64,000 bases of DNA from Planktothrix sp. GU0601_MAG3 (GTDB taxonomy: Bacteria > Cyanobacteriota > Cyanobacteriia > Cyanobacteriales > Microcoleaceae): assembly GCA_035193785.1 (NCBI GenBank), contig CP136572.1, positions 4,084,578 to 4,148,577 of the forward strand, in the 5' to 3' direction. The position numbers and the translations under genes are program-made. Shown here one piece after another: positions 25,014 to 36,308 of the stretch. Positions within the stretch are counted from its first letter, which is position 1, and every line of letters begins with the position of its first letter. The notes below the pieces were generated by a model. The model saw only the letters and a program-made list of their open reading frames with translations, ran no database searches and was not told the origin of the DNA.

Positions 25014-27553
25014 ATGACCGAATCGTTAATTCCAATTAATGAATGTCCCATCCAAATCGAGGATGATCGGACTGGAACCAGCGTGGAAACCCTGAAACGG
25101 GCATTTGCCGATAATCTATTCTATGAGCTTGGCAAGTATGAAGCCATTGCCTCCAAGGAAGATTTTTATATGGCCTTGGCCTATACCCTGCGCGATCGCC
25201 TGTTAAGCCGTTGGTTAAAAACCTTTAAAACCTACGATGACAATAACGTCAAAATTGTTTACTACCTGTCGGCCGAATTCCTGATGGGCCGACACCTGGG
25301 GAACAGTTTAATTAACCTACACCTGTATGATCGCATCCGTCAGGCCGTGGAAGAATCGGGACTGGATTTAGATGAACTCCTCGAACAAGAAACCCGATCC
25401 CGGCTTAGGAAATGGGGGTTTAGGACGGTTAGCCGCCTGTTTCCTCGACTCCCTGGCGACCTTGGAAATTCCCGCCGTCGGCTATGGAATTCGTTATGAA
25501 TTTGGGATTTTTCACCAAATCATGCAAGATGGCTGGCAGGCTGAAATCCCCGATAAATGGTTAAGATTTGGTAACCCCTGGGAAATTCCCCGCCCTGACC
25601 AGGCCATTGATGTTAACTTTGGGGGCCATACCGAAGTCTATCACGACGAAAAAGGCCGGGAACGCATTCGCTGGATTCCGTCCAAAACCGTGATCGGGAT
25701 TCCCTACGATACGCCCGTTCCCGGCTATGATACCAACACCGTCAACCCCCTGCGACTGTGGAAAGCTGAAGCCAGTGATGCCTTTAACTTTGACGCCTTC
25801 AACGCCGGGAATTATGATGGGGCGGTGGCCGATAAAATGCGATCGGAAACTATCTCTAAAGTTCTCTATCCCAATGACAATACCCCCCAGGGTAAACAAT
25901 TGCGCTTAGAACAACAATATTTCTTTGTCGCCTGTTCTCTGCGGGATATTATCAAACGCCATCTCAAACACAACACCAGTCTTTATAACCTGAATGAAAC
26001 CGCCGCCATTCAGTTAAATGACACCCACCCGGCCATTGCGATCGCGGAATTGATGCGATTATTGTTAGATGAATATGGCATTGATTGGGATTCCGCTTGG
26101 CGCGTCACCCAAAAAACCTTTGCCTACACCAACCATACTCTGTTACCCGAAGCCCTGGAAAAATGGTCTGTGGGTTTATTTGAGTATTTGTTACCCCGTC
26201 ATCTGCAAGTCATCTATGAAATTAACCGTCGTTTCCTTGAAGATGTGCAGCGTTGGTATCCCAATGATGACGACTTAATCAGACGACTATCTTTAATTGA
26301 AGATGGTCAGGAAAAATTCGTGCGGATGGCCCATTTAGCCTGCGTCGGTAGTCATGCGGTGAATGGTGTGGCGGCCCTGCATACGGAGTTATTGAAACAA
26401 GATACCCTGCGGGACTTCTATAAACTCTGGCCCGAGAAGTTTTTCAATAAAACCAATGGTGTCACCCCTCGACGGTGGATTTTATTAAGTAATCCCACCT
26501 TGTCGGAGTTTTATAGTTCTAAAATTGGGGACGGTTGGCTGAAGGATTTAGACAAACTGCGTCAATTAGAAACCTACGTTGATGATCCCGAATTCTGCGA
26601 ACAGTGGCATCAAATTAAACTGTACAACAAGAAACTGTTAGCCGATCATATCTGGAAATTTAATGGGATTGAAGTTGACCCCCATTCTATTTTTGATATT
26701 CAGGTGAAACGGATTCACGAATACAAACGCCAACATCTGGATGTCCTGCATATTATCACCCTCTATAACCGGATCAAACAAAACCCCAATACCCATATTT
26801 GTCCCCGGACTTTTATCTTTGGAGGAAAGGCAGCCCCCGGTTATTTCATGGCAAAATTAATCATTAAATTGATTAATGCCGTTGCGGAAGTGGTGAATAA
26901 AGATCCCGATGTCCGGGGCCGTTTGAAAGTGGTATTCTTGGCTAACTTTAACGCTTCCTTGGGTCAACGCATCTATCCAGCGGCGGATTTATCCGAACAA
27001 ATTTCTACGGCTGGAAAAGAAGCCTCTGGAACCGGAAACATGAAATTTGCCATGAATGGTTTCCCTAACTATTGGAACTCTGGATGGGGCAAATATTGAA
27101 ATCCGTGAAGAAGCCGGGTTTGAGAATTTCTTCCTGTTTGGATTAACCGCCGAAGAGGTTTATAAATTAAGATCTAAGGGCTATAAACCCATGGATTACT
27201 ACAATCACAATGCTGAATTAAAAGCCGTGATAGATCGAATTTCTTCCGGCTATTTCTCCCGTGGTGATCAGGAAATGTTTAAACCCTTGGTGGATTCTTT
27301 AATGTACCACGATGAATATATGCTTTTCGCCGATTATCAATCCTATATTGATTGTCAACGAGAAGTTAGCGTGGCATTTCAAGATTCCAAAAAATGGACG
27401 AGAATGTCGATTCTCAATGCCCTGCGGATGGGTAAATTCTCCAGCGATCGCACCATCAGCGAATATTGTAATGAAATCTGGAAGGTTAAATCTGTCCCCG
27501 TAGAAATGGGTGGATATAACCCAGAAGCCGCCGGATTACGAGTTATCAATTAA
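25014..27553 (+). CDS. glgP: Glycogen/alpha-glucan phosphorylase; frameshifts at 25389-25393 and 27059-27063
   Basis: [39 protein letters not shown]. Confidence 0.97.
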
Positions 27554-27564
27554 TTCTGAATTTG

Positions 27565-27638
27565 GTTGACCGTTGACCGTTGACCGTTGACCATTGACGG
27601 TTGACGGTTGACTATTCGTAATTCGTAATTCGTAATTC
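27565..27638 (+). repeat. Heptamer STRR arrays (GTTGACC/GTTGACG; TTCGTAA)
   Basis: Tandem 7-mers directly after glgP. Confidence 0.85.
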
Positions 27639-27656
27639 CCTGATTAGGACTAATCC

Positions 27657-28740
27657 ATGTCACAATCCTATCCCCCCAATCCCCGGTCTAATCTTCCCCT
27701 AGATGAGATCATCGCCATTATTGTTGCCCTGGCCACAATAGGGACAATTTTATATTGGGTTTTAAGTCAACCCAACCGAAAATTAGTTCTCAACCCCGAT
27801 TTAACCTCCCCCATAACCCTTACCCCTTCAACCAATCCCAGCGTCGCTAAAATCCCAGAGGATTCCCTTCCCGATGGGGTTTCCCCTACGTCCGAAACTC
27901 CCACCCCAGGAATAACAACCCCCAGTTCACCGACACCAAAGGTGAAACAATCTCAATCGGCTATTTTGGGATTAGCCTTTTTAATCCCAGCACAGAAACC
28001 GATTCAGCCTTCCCTCGAATCCCAAGTTATCCCAGTTCTTCCTTCGTCCGAAAATACAACTCCAACAAAAACTAAAACCGCTTGTTCGGTTTCGACCCAC
28101 GACGGGAAATATTTGTACCGCCCCTTTACCTTCTGCGCCCGTCCCATCTTCCACAACGACCGAATCCCATTGGGCTACTCCATTTATCCTGTATTTTGCT
28201 AATCAAAATGGGGCCGTTAGATCGGATCAAAAACAGTTTAAACCCGATGAAAAAATTACCCGGGAACAATTTGCCACCGAACTACAAAAAGCGTTTAATT
28301 CTAAATCTGAAAAACCCGCTATTCAATTTAAAGATATTCCCCAAAACTCAGCAACTAAATCCGCTCTGAAATCCGCTAATCAATCGGGTTTTCTGGCGGG
28401 ATATCCCCAGGATATATTCCAACCCCAACAGTCAATTCCTCGGGTTCAAGTTATAGTATCTTTAGCCAGTGGGTTAGGCTTAAAACCTGCGACTAATTCC
28501 CAAGAAACCCTAAAAATATTTCAGGATGCAGATCAAATTCCTCCTTGGGCAATTGAAGGAGTAGCGGCGGCAACAGCAGCCGGATTAGTGGTTAATTATC
28601 CTGATAAAAATACTCTAAATCCCAACCAATCAGCAACTTATGGGGAAGTAACCTCGATGATTTACCAAGGATTAGTCTATCAAAAAAAAGCAAAACCGAT
28701 TGCCTCTGACTATTTAGTTAAACCCGTTCAAAAAAAATAG
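27657..28740 (+). CDS. Membrane-anchored S-layer homology (SLH) domain protein; frameshift at 28089-28093
   Basis: N-terminal TM, Pro/Thr linker; repaired frame reads HWATPFI...FKPDEKITREQF...GFLAGYP...QIPPWA...VVNYP. Confidence 0.8.
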
Positions 28741-28744
28741 TTAT

Positions 28745-28996
28745 AGGAACAGGGAACAGGGAATAGGGAATAGGGAATAGGGAATAGGGAATAGGGAATA
28801 GGGAATAGGGAATAGGGAACAGGCTGCGTCGTGAGCCTGTCGAACGAGAATAGGGAATAGGGTTTGTAATTAATTTTGTTTAGGTACTTAACTAATAACT
28901 GCTAAATAATAACTGCTAACTAATAACTGCTAACTAATAACTAATAACTAATAACTGATGACTGATGACTGATGACTGATGACTGATGACTGATTT
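28745..28996 (+). repeat. Composite STRR block (GGGAATA/GGGAACA; one MITE end; ACTAATA/ACTGATG)
   Basis: Tandem heptamers plus taattaattttgtttaggtactta end sequence. Confidence 0.85.
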
Positions 28997-29441
28997 AGGT
29001 TTCACATTCCTTTTTTGTAACTTGATGACGATAACGAAACATATCTTGTAAACGACTATTAACCCAATTTCCTAATAGTTGTTCGACTAATATTCCACCG
29101 GGTAGGGAAAATGCGATCGCATCCGTTAGACGGGTATGACCATTTTCAGCCACAAATTGATGTCGATGTACCCAACTTTCCACCAGTCCTTTCTGTTGTT
29201 CATCGGTAAATAACTGATATGGTTTATATTCAGTATGAACCGCAACCCATGGCACTGAAATTAATCCTAATCCTATCCTAAATTCAGAAATTGCTCCTAT
29301 TTCTAATCCTCCTTCCCGTCGTAGGATTTCTACAGGTTGCCAAGGAGGAGTTAACACTTGCAAAATATCGGGGCGGGTATGAAACTCCCAAACGACTTCT
29401 ACAGGAGCATAAATAATTGAAGAATATTTAAAGTGTTGCAT
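28995..29441 (-). CDS. SRPBCC/cyclase-like protein
   Basis: APVEVVWEFH..LTPPW...WVHRHQF...MFRYRH. Confidence 0.85.
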   Translation of the reverse strand: MQHFKYSSIIYAPVEVVWEFHTRPDILQVLTPPWQPVEILRREGGLEIGAISEFRIGLGLISVPWVAVHTEYKPYQLFTDEQQKGLVESWVHRHQFVAENGHTRLTDAIAFSLPGGILVEQLLGNWVNSRLQDMFRYRHQVTKKECET

Positions 29442-29596
29442 AACGTTATAAAATCAAGATTAGAGCAACAGACTATCATTTATCAGTATAAGAGTCAATC
29501 GTTCACTATTAATCAATTAACTCAAAAATTCTTGGCATAAAAACTCAAAGAATCTTACCCCTTACCCTTGCAAAAAAAGTATGGAAAACTTAAAGA

Positions 29597-30865
29597 TTGA
29601 TCTTTCACAACAGGAAACCAGAAGCATTATTAAATAATATTTTAACTCAGTTAGAACAGGGAGATTTTCAACAACGATGGGAAGTTAGTAAGATTTTACC
29701 CGGTTTAGGAACCCTTGCCCTAGAGCCACTGCTTAATATTTTACAAGATGAAACAGCCGATGCAGAAATGCGTTGGTTTGTGGCTCGAATTTTGGGGAAT
29801 TTTAAATCAGAATTAATTATTGAACCCTTAATTAATCTACTTAAAAATGCTAAAATTGAAGCAACAGAAGCAGAAATATCCCTGCACGAAATAACTACAG
29901 CTACCTTAGCAGGTTTTGGAATTTCGGCGATCGCTCCTTTAACTCAATTATTAGAAAAACCCGATTCTAAATTATTAGCAACCCAAGCTCTAGCTCAAAT
30001 TCGCCATTCACAAATCATTCCCCCCTTATTAACCGTTGTTGATGATCAAAATTCTCAAATTCGAGCGATAGCAATTGAGGCATTAGGGAGTTTTCCTGAT
30101 CCTAGAGTTATCCCGATTTTATTAGAGGCTTTAACTGATCCCGTTGCTGATGTGAGAAAACAAGCCGTAATTGGATTAGGAGTAAGATTAGATTTATTAG
30201 AAAATATCAATTTAGTCGAAAAACTAAAACCCCTATTATGGGATATTCGACCGGAAGTTTGTCAACAAACTCAACTCGCCTTAGCCCGTTTAAAAACCGA
30301 TGAAGCGGCTACTGCCCTGTTTGAACAGGTACAATCCCAAAGTGTTCCCCTTACCCTAAAAATAGATGGGGTGCGTGCCTTGGGATGGATAGAAACCGCT
30401 AAAAGTTTAGATTATTTACAGAAAGTTATCTTGACTTTTGATCCTCAATTCAATCTAAATTTAAGCCCAATAACCATAGAAGAAATTACCTTAATTCAAG
30501 AAACTGTTCAGTCTATAGGACGAATTGAAACCCAGGAATTGCGGGAACAAGCCACTCAAATTTTAATCAATTTGATTAATAGTAATCATCCCGCCGTTTC
30601 CGAACCCAAAACAAAACAATTGATTGCATTAGGATTAGGAAAACTAGGATTAATAGAGGCAATCAATCCCTTAATCAACCTTTTAGTTGATCCTAATCCC
30701 TCAGTCAGATTCCATTGTATTTCAGCCTTAAAACAAATTGAACCAGAACAAATCTATCAACATTTACAAAATTTATCCGATCAAAAGAATATCAATTCTG
30801 ATATTAAGCAAGCCATTCTAATCGTTTTATCAGAAATCAGAAATCAGTCATCAGTCATCAGTTAG
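29597..30865 (+). CDS. nirB: HEAT-repeat (PBS lyase-like) protein, NirB-like by synteny with ntcB-cnaT
   Basis: GDFQQRWEVSK, repeated VR..A..ALG HEAT units; position upstream of ntcB. Confidence 0.65.
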   Translation: MIFHNRKPEALLNNILTQLEQGDFQQRWEVSKILPGLGTLALEPLLNILQDETADAEMRWFVARILGNFKSELIIEPLINLLKNAKIEATEAEISLHEITTATLAGFGISAIAPLTQLLEKPDSKLLATQALAQIRHSQIIPPLLTVVDDQNSQIRAIAIEALGSFPDPRVIPILLEALTDPVADVRKQAVIGLGVRLDLLENINLVEKLKPLLWDIRPEVCQQTQLALARLKTDEAATALFEQVQSQSVPLTLKIDGVRALGWIETAKSLDYLQKVILTFDPQFNLNLSPITIEEITLIQETVQSIGRIETQELREQATQILINLINSNHPAVSEPKTKQLIALGLGKLGLIEAINPLINLLVDPNPSVRFHCISALKQIEPEQIYQHLQNLSDQKNINSDIKQAILIVLSEIRNQSSVIS

Positions 30866-30876
30866 CAGTTATTAGT

Positions 30877-31023
30877 TAAGTACCTAAACAAAATTAATTA
30901 TAAACCCTATTCCCTATTCCCTATTCCCTATTCCCTATTCCCTATTCCCTATTCCCTGTTCCCTGTTCCCTATTCCCTGTGTTCCCTCTCTCAACTAGGT
31001 AATTTATTTTGTGCAACTACTTA
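30877..31023. mobile_element. MITE-like element with ~24-bp imperfect TIRs enclosing a CCCTATT/CCCTGTT array
   Basis: taagtacctaaacaaaattaatta ... taatttattttgtgcaactactta. Confidence 0.6.
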
Positions 31024-31137
31024 TCTATACAATGATTAATGATAAATGTTTGTCCATAACTTTTTACTGTCCACTGTTTACAGTTTACTGTTTACTAATA
31101 ACTGTTTACTGATAACTGATAACTGATAACTGTTTTT

Positions 31138-32131
31138 ATGCGTTTAGAGCAACTGCAATCTTTCCTGTCCGTTGCTGAGACCGGAAGTTTTCAACAAGCA
31201 GCAAGGAAATCAGGTCTAACTCAATCAACAATTAGTAGACAGGTACAAGGACTAGAAGAAGAACTCGGTTTACCCTTGTTTCACCGCACGACTCAGGTTA
31301 AATTAACCATAGGGGGCGAACGCTTTTGGCCCTATGCTCGGAAAATTTGCCAAAGCTGGGATAGTGCGAAAGAAGAAACTCGCATCTTTGTTGATGGGGA
31401 AACAGCCCGAACTTTGTGTAGCGGTAATTCATTCGGTTTGTTCCTCCTATTTACCTCCGGTTTTACAGAAGTTTTGTTATGCTTATCCAGAAGTTCAATT
31501 AAGGGTAACATCTTTAGGAAGTGATCGGGCTTTAAAAGTTCTGAAAGATGGATTAGTAGATATTGCCATTATTATGAATAATCGTTCTTTTCCCGTCGGT
31601 AGAGAAATTTTAGTTGATGTTCTGTATCAAGAATCCATTCAAGTATTAATGGCAAGTAACCATCCCTTAACTCAATATTCTAAAATTCCCTGGGATGAAT
31701 TAATTCGTTATCCCCAAGTTGTGTTTAAAGATGGTTATGGAATGCAGCGTTTAGTTCAAGAAAACTTTACTAAAGCCGGGGCAAAACTCAATGCTGTTTT
31801 AGAATTAAATACATTAGATGGATTTCGTGGGATTATTCGTCAAGGAGAACTAATTGCGTTATTACCCTATTCCGCCCTAGTAGAAGCCAAAACCGATCCA
31901 ACGTTAGCAGTGAGAGAATTAGTTCCCCCTTGCAAATCTTCGGCTTCATCGGAGTTAATGTCTGAAGATACGGACACAAATTGGACTCGTGAAGTGGTAA
32001 TTGTGACTACACCCGATCGAATGCAAATCCCGCCGATCGCCTATTTTTGGCAATTAGTTCATGACTGTATTCCCAATCAAATAAATGGATCAATTAGTTC
32101 TGTAAATCCTCAAATACCTTTGTTGAAATAA
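31138..32131 (+). CDS. ntcB: LysR regulator of nitrate assimilation; frameshift at 31375-31379
   Basis: MRLEQLQSFL..AETGSFQQAARK..TQSTISRQ; SLGSDRALKVLKDGLVD; YPQVVFKDGYGMQRLV. Confidence 0.85.
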
Positions 32132-32183
32132 CCTCAGCGTAGATTGCTATAGTGGATCATCTTACATTTAAAATTTGATAAAC

Positions 32184-33288
32184 ATGAGTGATCGATTTAG
32201 GGACTTACTGCGTCAAGTGGGGAGTGGCACCCACACCAGTGAAGCATTAACTCGTTTTCAAGCGGCCGAAGCCATGAAATTAATGCTATTAGAGGAAGCA
32301 ACTCCGGCTCAAATTGGTGCATTTTTGATTGCCCACCGTATTCGACGCCCGACGGGGGAAGAATTGGCCGGAATGTTAGATGCCTATGAAGAAATCGGCC
32401 CCCAACTTCAGTCGGTGGCTGACGCGCCCTTTATATTGGGTTGTCCATACGATGGTCGGTCTCGCACGGCTCCCATGGCCCCCTTAACGGCTTTAATTTT
32501 AGTTACCGCCGGGGTGCGGGTAATTTCACACGGAGGTCAGCGAATGCCCACGAAGGAGGGAATTCCTTTAATTGAAGTTTGGCAGGGGTTGGGGTTAGAC
32601 TGGTCTAAATTATCTTTAGCCCAAGTACAAAAAGTATTTGCCGAATTGGGTTTGGGGTTTGTTTATCTTCCCCAACATTTTTTAGAGGCCGAAAAGTTAG
32701 TTACCTATCGTCGAGAAATTGGGAAACGTCCGCCTGTAGCGACCATGGAATTGATCTGGAAACCCTATCTAGGGCCAGCAACGGTGGTCTGTGGATATGT
32801 GCATCCCCCGACAGAAACTATGTTTAGGGAAGCGTTTCGTTGGCGTGGGGTGACGGAATTTATTACAGTTAAAGGTTTAGAAGGCAGTTGTGATTTACCC
32901 CGCGATCGCACTTGTATTATTGGGCTACGTCAACCTAGTCAACAGACCCAAGCCTCGAAAAACCCGACAAAAATACCAGCACAACTCGATGATATTTGTT
33001 TTGAACGATTATTATTACATCCCCGGGATTACGGATTTGAGGGTCGGGAAGTTCCTCTATCATCCACTCCGATTTTAATTGAACAAATTCAAACGGTTTT
33101 AACGGGTCAAAGTAGTGAATTTATGAAAGCTGCCCTGTGGAATGGGGGTTTTTATCTCTGGCGTTTCTGGGGTGTGTCAAGATTTAGAATCGGGATTATC
33201 AATGGCTGAATCCCTACTAACCCAGGGGAAAGTTCAGGCTAAATTACGCGATCTTCAACATTACTTTTTGCATGGGGATTTAAAATGA
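32184..33288 (+). CDS. cnaT: Anthranilate phosphoribosyltransferase-like protein (CnaT); frameshift at 33163-33167
   Basis: VGSGTHT, ATPAQIGAFLIAHR, YDGRSRT, KGLEGSCDLP; follows ntcB. Confidence 0.75.
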
Positions 33289-33872
33289 TGGACAAGGATA
33301 TATCGATTGCGGCTTTGATTCTAGCTGGGGGACAAAGTTCTCGCATGGGTGAGGATAAGGCTTTTGTTCTTTATGAAGGAAAACCCCTGCTTCAGCGAGT
33401 CTATGAAGTGGCGGCGGTCTGTAGCCAAAAAGTCTATATTGCTACCCCTTGGCCCAAACGGTATGAATCTCTATTAACCGAGGATTACGAAGTTATATTA
33501 GAGAAAGAACCGAACCAAGGGCCATTAGTGGTGTTATCCGAAGGATTATCACAAATTCCCTTTGATTGGATTTGGTTATTAGCCTGTGATTTACCTCGAT
33601 TAGAACCCGCTATTATTCAACAGTGGCAAACCCGTTTAGCCCTTCTCCCCGATACGATTTTGGCCGTTGTTCCCCAAACCCAGTCCCGTTGGGAACCCCT
33701 ATGTGGGTTTTATCGCCGTTCTGCCTATGAACATTTACAAGGGTTTATGGCCCCCGGGGGCCGATCTTTTCAACGCTGGTTAAGTCAAATTCCCATAGAA
33801 CCGATTGAGCTATCGGAAGCCCATTCACAAATGTTATTAAATTGCAATAGACCCGACGACTTAAAACCTTAA
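33285..33872 (+). CDS. mobA: Molybdenum cofactor guanylyltransferase
   Basis: LAGGQSSRMGEDK, LACDLP, EPLCGFY, NCN. Confidence 0.9.
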   Translation: MMDKDISIAALILAGGQSSRMGEDKAFVLYEGKPLLQRVYEVAAVCSQKVYIATPWPKRYESLLTEDYEVILEKEPNQGPLVVLSEGLSQIPFDWIWLLACDLPRLEPAIIQQWQTRLALLPDTILAVVPQTQSRWEPLCGFYRRSAYEHLQGFMAPGGRSFQRWLSQIPIEPIELSEAHSQMLLNCNRPDDLKP

Positions 33873-34076
33873 AAAATAATTAAATTATTAGTTAAATATT
33901 GTTATAAGAATTAAATCTTTTTCCAATGTTTGAGGTGGGGTTTTCCCTACTTGTGAATTTTTGCAAAATTCGATCTAAAATCCCAAAAATCTGGGTAAGT
34001 TGTAAATAAATTTACTTTCTTAACCCAATTTACCTGCTATAACCAACAAATACTCAAATACGGACAGGAGGAACCT

Positions 34077-34418
34077 ATGCCATACGCCTTTGACTTAGTG
34101 GGCGTTTCTCCCATTCTTGCCTTTTTTTATGAACAACAGGAATTAAACCAACAACCCGCCCCGGGGGTTGAATACTTGGGAAATCATAAGTGTACCCTTG
34201 ATACCTTTATCGAATCTGTGCAAACGGTTTCTCCTCAACGGGGTTGGAATGTCGATCAAGTGGTCGATACGGTAATTCACTTCTGGATGAATAACGCCGA
34301 CAGCATCCAATATTGGAAAACACGCCTAGAGGATGCTGGACAGCAAAATCTCTTAGTAGCCAGAGTTGCCGATATCAAATTCCTCCGCAATACCTTTGAA
34401 TCCCTACTGGAAAACTAA
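34077..34418 (+). CDS. Conserved cyanobacterial hypothetical protein
   Basis: RBS ggagga, 113-aa ORF, followed by a terminator. Confidence 0.75.
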   Translation: MPYAFDLVGVSPILAFFYEQQELNQQPAPGVEYLGNHKCTLDTFIESVQTVSPQRGWNVDQVVDTVIHFWMNNADSIQYWKTRLEDAGQQNLLVARVADIKFLRNTFESLLEN

Positions 34419-34425
34419 TCAAAAA

Positions 34426-34477
34426 AAGAGTGATGCTGCTGGTCGTATCTGCTGGTGCATCGCTCTTGAGTTTTTTT
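34426..34477 (+). terminator. Intrinsic terminator
   Basis: aagagtgatgc / gcatcgctctt stem followed by T7. Confidence 0.65.
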
Positions 34478-34506
34478 GGGTTAGATGTTGCACAGTCTTT
34501 TTCTGC

Positions 34507-34583
34507 TATAGCACTACGCATTACCGTTAGGACACTCCTAAATCCTGAAACCTGTTCCCTGTTCCCTAGCGCGTAGCGTTATA
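34507..34583 (+). mobile_element. Short MITE (TATAGC(A/G)CTACGC TIR family), same family as 41801-41955
   Basis: tatagcactacgcattaccgttaggacac...ccctagcgcgtagcgttata. Confidence 0.7.
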
Positions 34584-34969
34584 TACAAAACTGCCATATT
34601 CAAAAACAGTACATATACCCCCCCTGATGGGTGACTCCCCGCTCCCCAAATCCTCAAAATGGAGCGAAGATAAAACACAAGAGCATCGACAACATAGGTG
34701 TAAACCTTAGTGAAGTTTGTACAGGCCCATTGACTAAGCCTTTAAGAGTCTGTCTTGAGACTTTTAATAATCTCGGTGAAGGGGCGCGTAGCCTATTCAC
34801 TCAAAGTGTCAAATCCAGGAGCGGTTAGTTCTTATTTGCATCTACCGGAAACCGCTTTCCATCTACCTCGTACAATTCTCCAGGGTGTGATCGGGTTGGT
34901 CACCACCTTGTTATATTCCTGTTCTGTTCAGTCAAGGCATCGATTTTGATAGCCATCAGGGGTCATCTC

Positions 34970-35161
34970 ATGAAAAATATTATTGTTTTATTAGGACTTG
35001 TTGCGTCTACAAGTTTTACAGTGTTTTCCGTGCCTTCTGCCCATGCAGTCCCGTCCAAATCCCAGGTGAATCAAACCACCCTTGATCATTGGACAACACT
35101 GAGTTACACCGGGAAAAATGAGGATGGAGACACGGAGCAGATCGATACTAAAAAATCTTAA
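34970..35161 (+). CDS. Small secreted protein (63 aa)
   Basis: Signal peptide MKNIIVLLGLVAS...SAHA. Confidence 0.55.
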   Translation: MKNIIVLLGLVASTSFTVFSVPSAHAVPSKSQVNQTTLDHWTTLSYTGKNEDGDTEQIDTKKS

Positions 35162-35179
35162 TTCCTATTGAAGCTGTTT

Positions 35180-36220
35180 CTAACGCCAATGGACTCCCAC
35201 CCCAATCCGATCGCCCCCTTGCTGTTTGGCCTCCTGTAGAGCTTCTTCAGCAACGGCGATCAACGGGTAGGGGGGCAACTCCGGTGTGGGAACTGCCGTG
35301 GCCACCCCTAAACTTAGAGTTAGGTGGGGACTAATCTCCGATTTGGGGTTAGGGATTTCCAATTGTTGAATTTTAGCTCGGATCAGCTTGGCTACTTCGA
35401 TCGCCCCAGCCCTAGCCGTATGGGGAAGCAAAATTGCAAATTTTTCCCCACTATAACGCCCCACTAAATCCGCCGGACGTTTAACACAGGTGGCCATGGT
35501 TTGGGCGATGGTTTGTAAACAGATATCTCCTTGATCAAATCCATAAAAGTCGTTATAATCCCTAAACCGATCAATATCTCCAATAATTAAGGATAAATGT
35601 ATTCTTTCCCGGGCTAAACGTTGCCATTCTCTTAATAAATATTCATCGAAGTAGGGACGATGGACTAATTGAGTTAGGGGGTCAAGGCGACTCAAACGCT
35701 CGAGTTGATTCGTTGTCTTTTGTAGGTGTTGACTGATTTGCTCCAGTTGACCTTCGGCGGTATGACGGGCGGATATTTCCTGTTCCAGTTGAAGTAAAGA
35801 TTTGCTTAAAATTTTCTGACTTTGATAATAATGCTGGCTATTCTGAATTCTTAGAATAATTTCTGAAGGATAAAACGGTTTTCTGATGTAGTCGCAATAG
35901 CCATCGTAGTCTAAGGGTATGGAATAGCTATGATCGGAATATGAAATCAATAAAAAAATAGCAACACTTTGTTGATTATTTTCAAAATTTTGAGAAAAAT
36001 AGTTAAGATTTAATCTTTGATCTTCAAGTTCTGAAAAATTCCAAAAAATAATATCAGGAATCTTGGTTTGTAAATATTCTAAAGCTATACTTGCATTGAA
36101 AGCCCTTCTGATTTGATACCCTTGCTCACCCAAAATTTGCGATAGAATTTGTACATCTTGATCATCAGAATCAATAATCAAACAATCCAATGGGGGAGAA
36201 ATTTGGGAAGGCAAAATCAT
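35180..36220 (-). CDS. REC + GGDEF protein with degenerate active site
   Basis: DPLT...RPADLVGRYSGEKF; receiver PDIIFWN. Confidence 0.88.
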   Translation of the reverse strand: MILPSQISPPLDCLIIDSDDQDVQILSQILGEQGYQIRRAFNASIALEYLQTKIPDIIFWNFSELEDQRLNLNYFSQNFENNQQSVAIFLLISYSDHSYSIPLDYDGYCDYIRKPFYPSEIILRIQNSQHYYQSQKILSKSLLQLEQEISARHTAEGQLEQISQHLQKTTNQLERLSRLDPLTQLVHRPYFDEYLLREWQRLARERIHLSLIIGDIDRFRDYNDFYGFDQGDICLQTIAQTMATCVKRPADLVGRYSGEKFAILLPHTARAGAIEVAKLIRAKIQQLEIPNPKSEISPHLTLSLGVATAVPTPELPPYPLIAVAEEALQEAKQQGGDRIGVGVHWR

Positions 36221-36308
36221 ATAATTTAATTAGATAAAATAGGGTTGACAAACAGAACTGGTAACTGATAACTGATAAAATATTACAACCTATTAAGGAA
36301 GTTAGACC

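Noticed and set aside
34631..34949. Short ORFs 34631-34828 and 34755-34949; known riboswitch (c-di-GMP-I, c-di-AMP, cobalamin)
   Set aside because: The ORFs have no RBS or motifs, and I could not find the conserved riboswitch cores.
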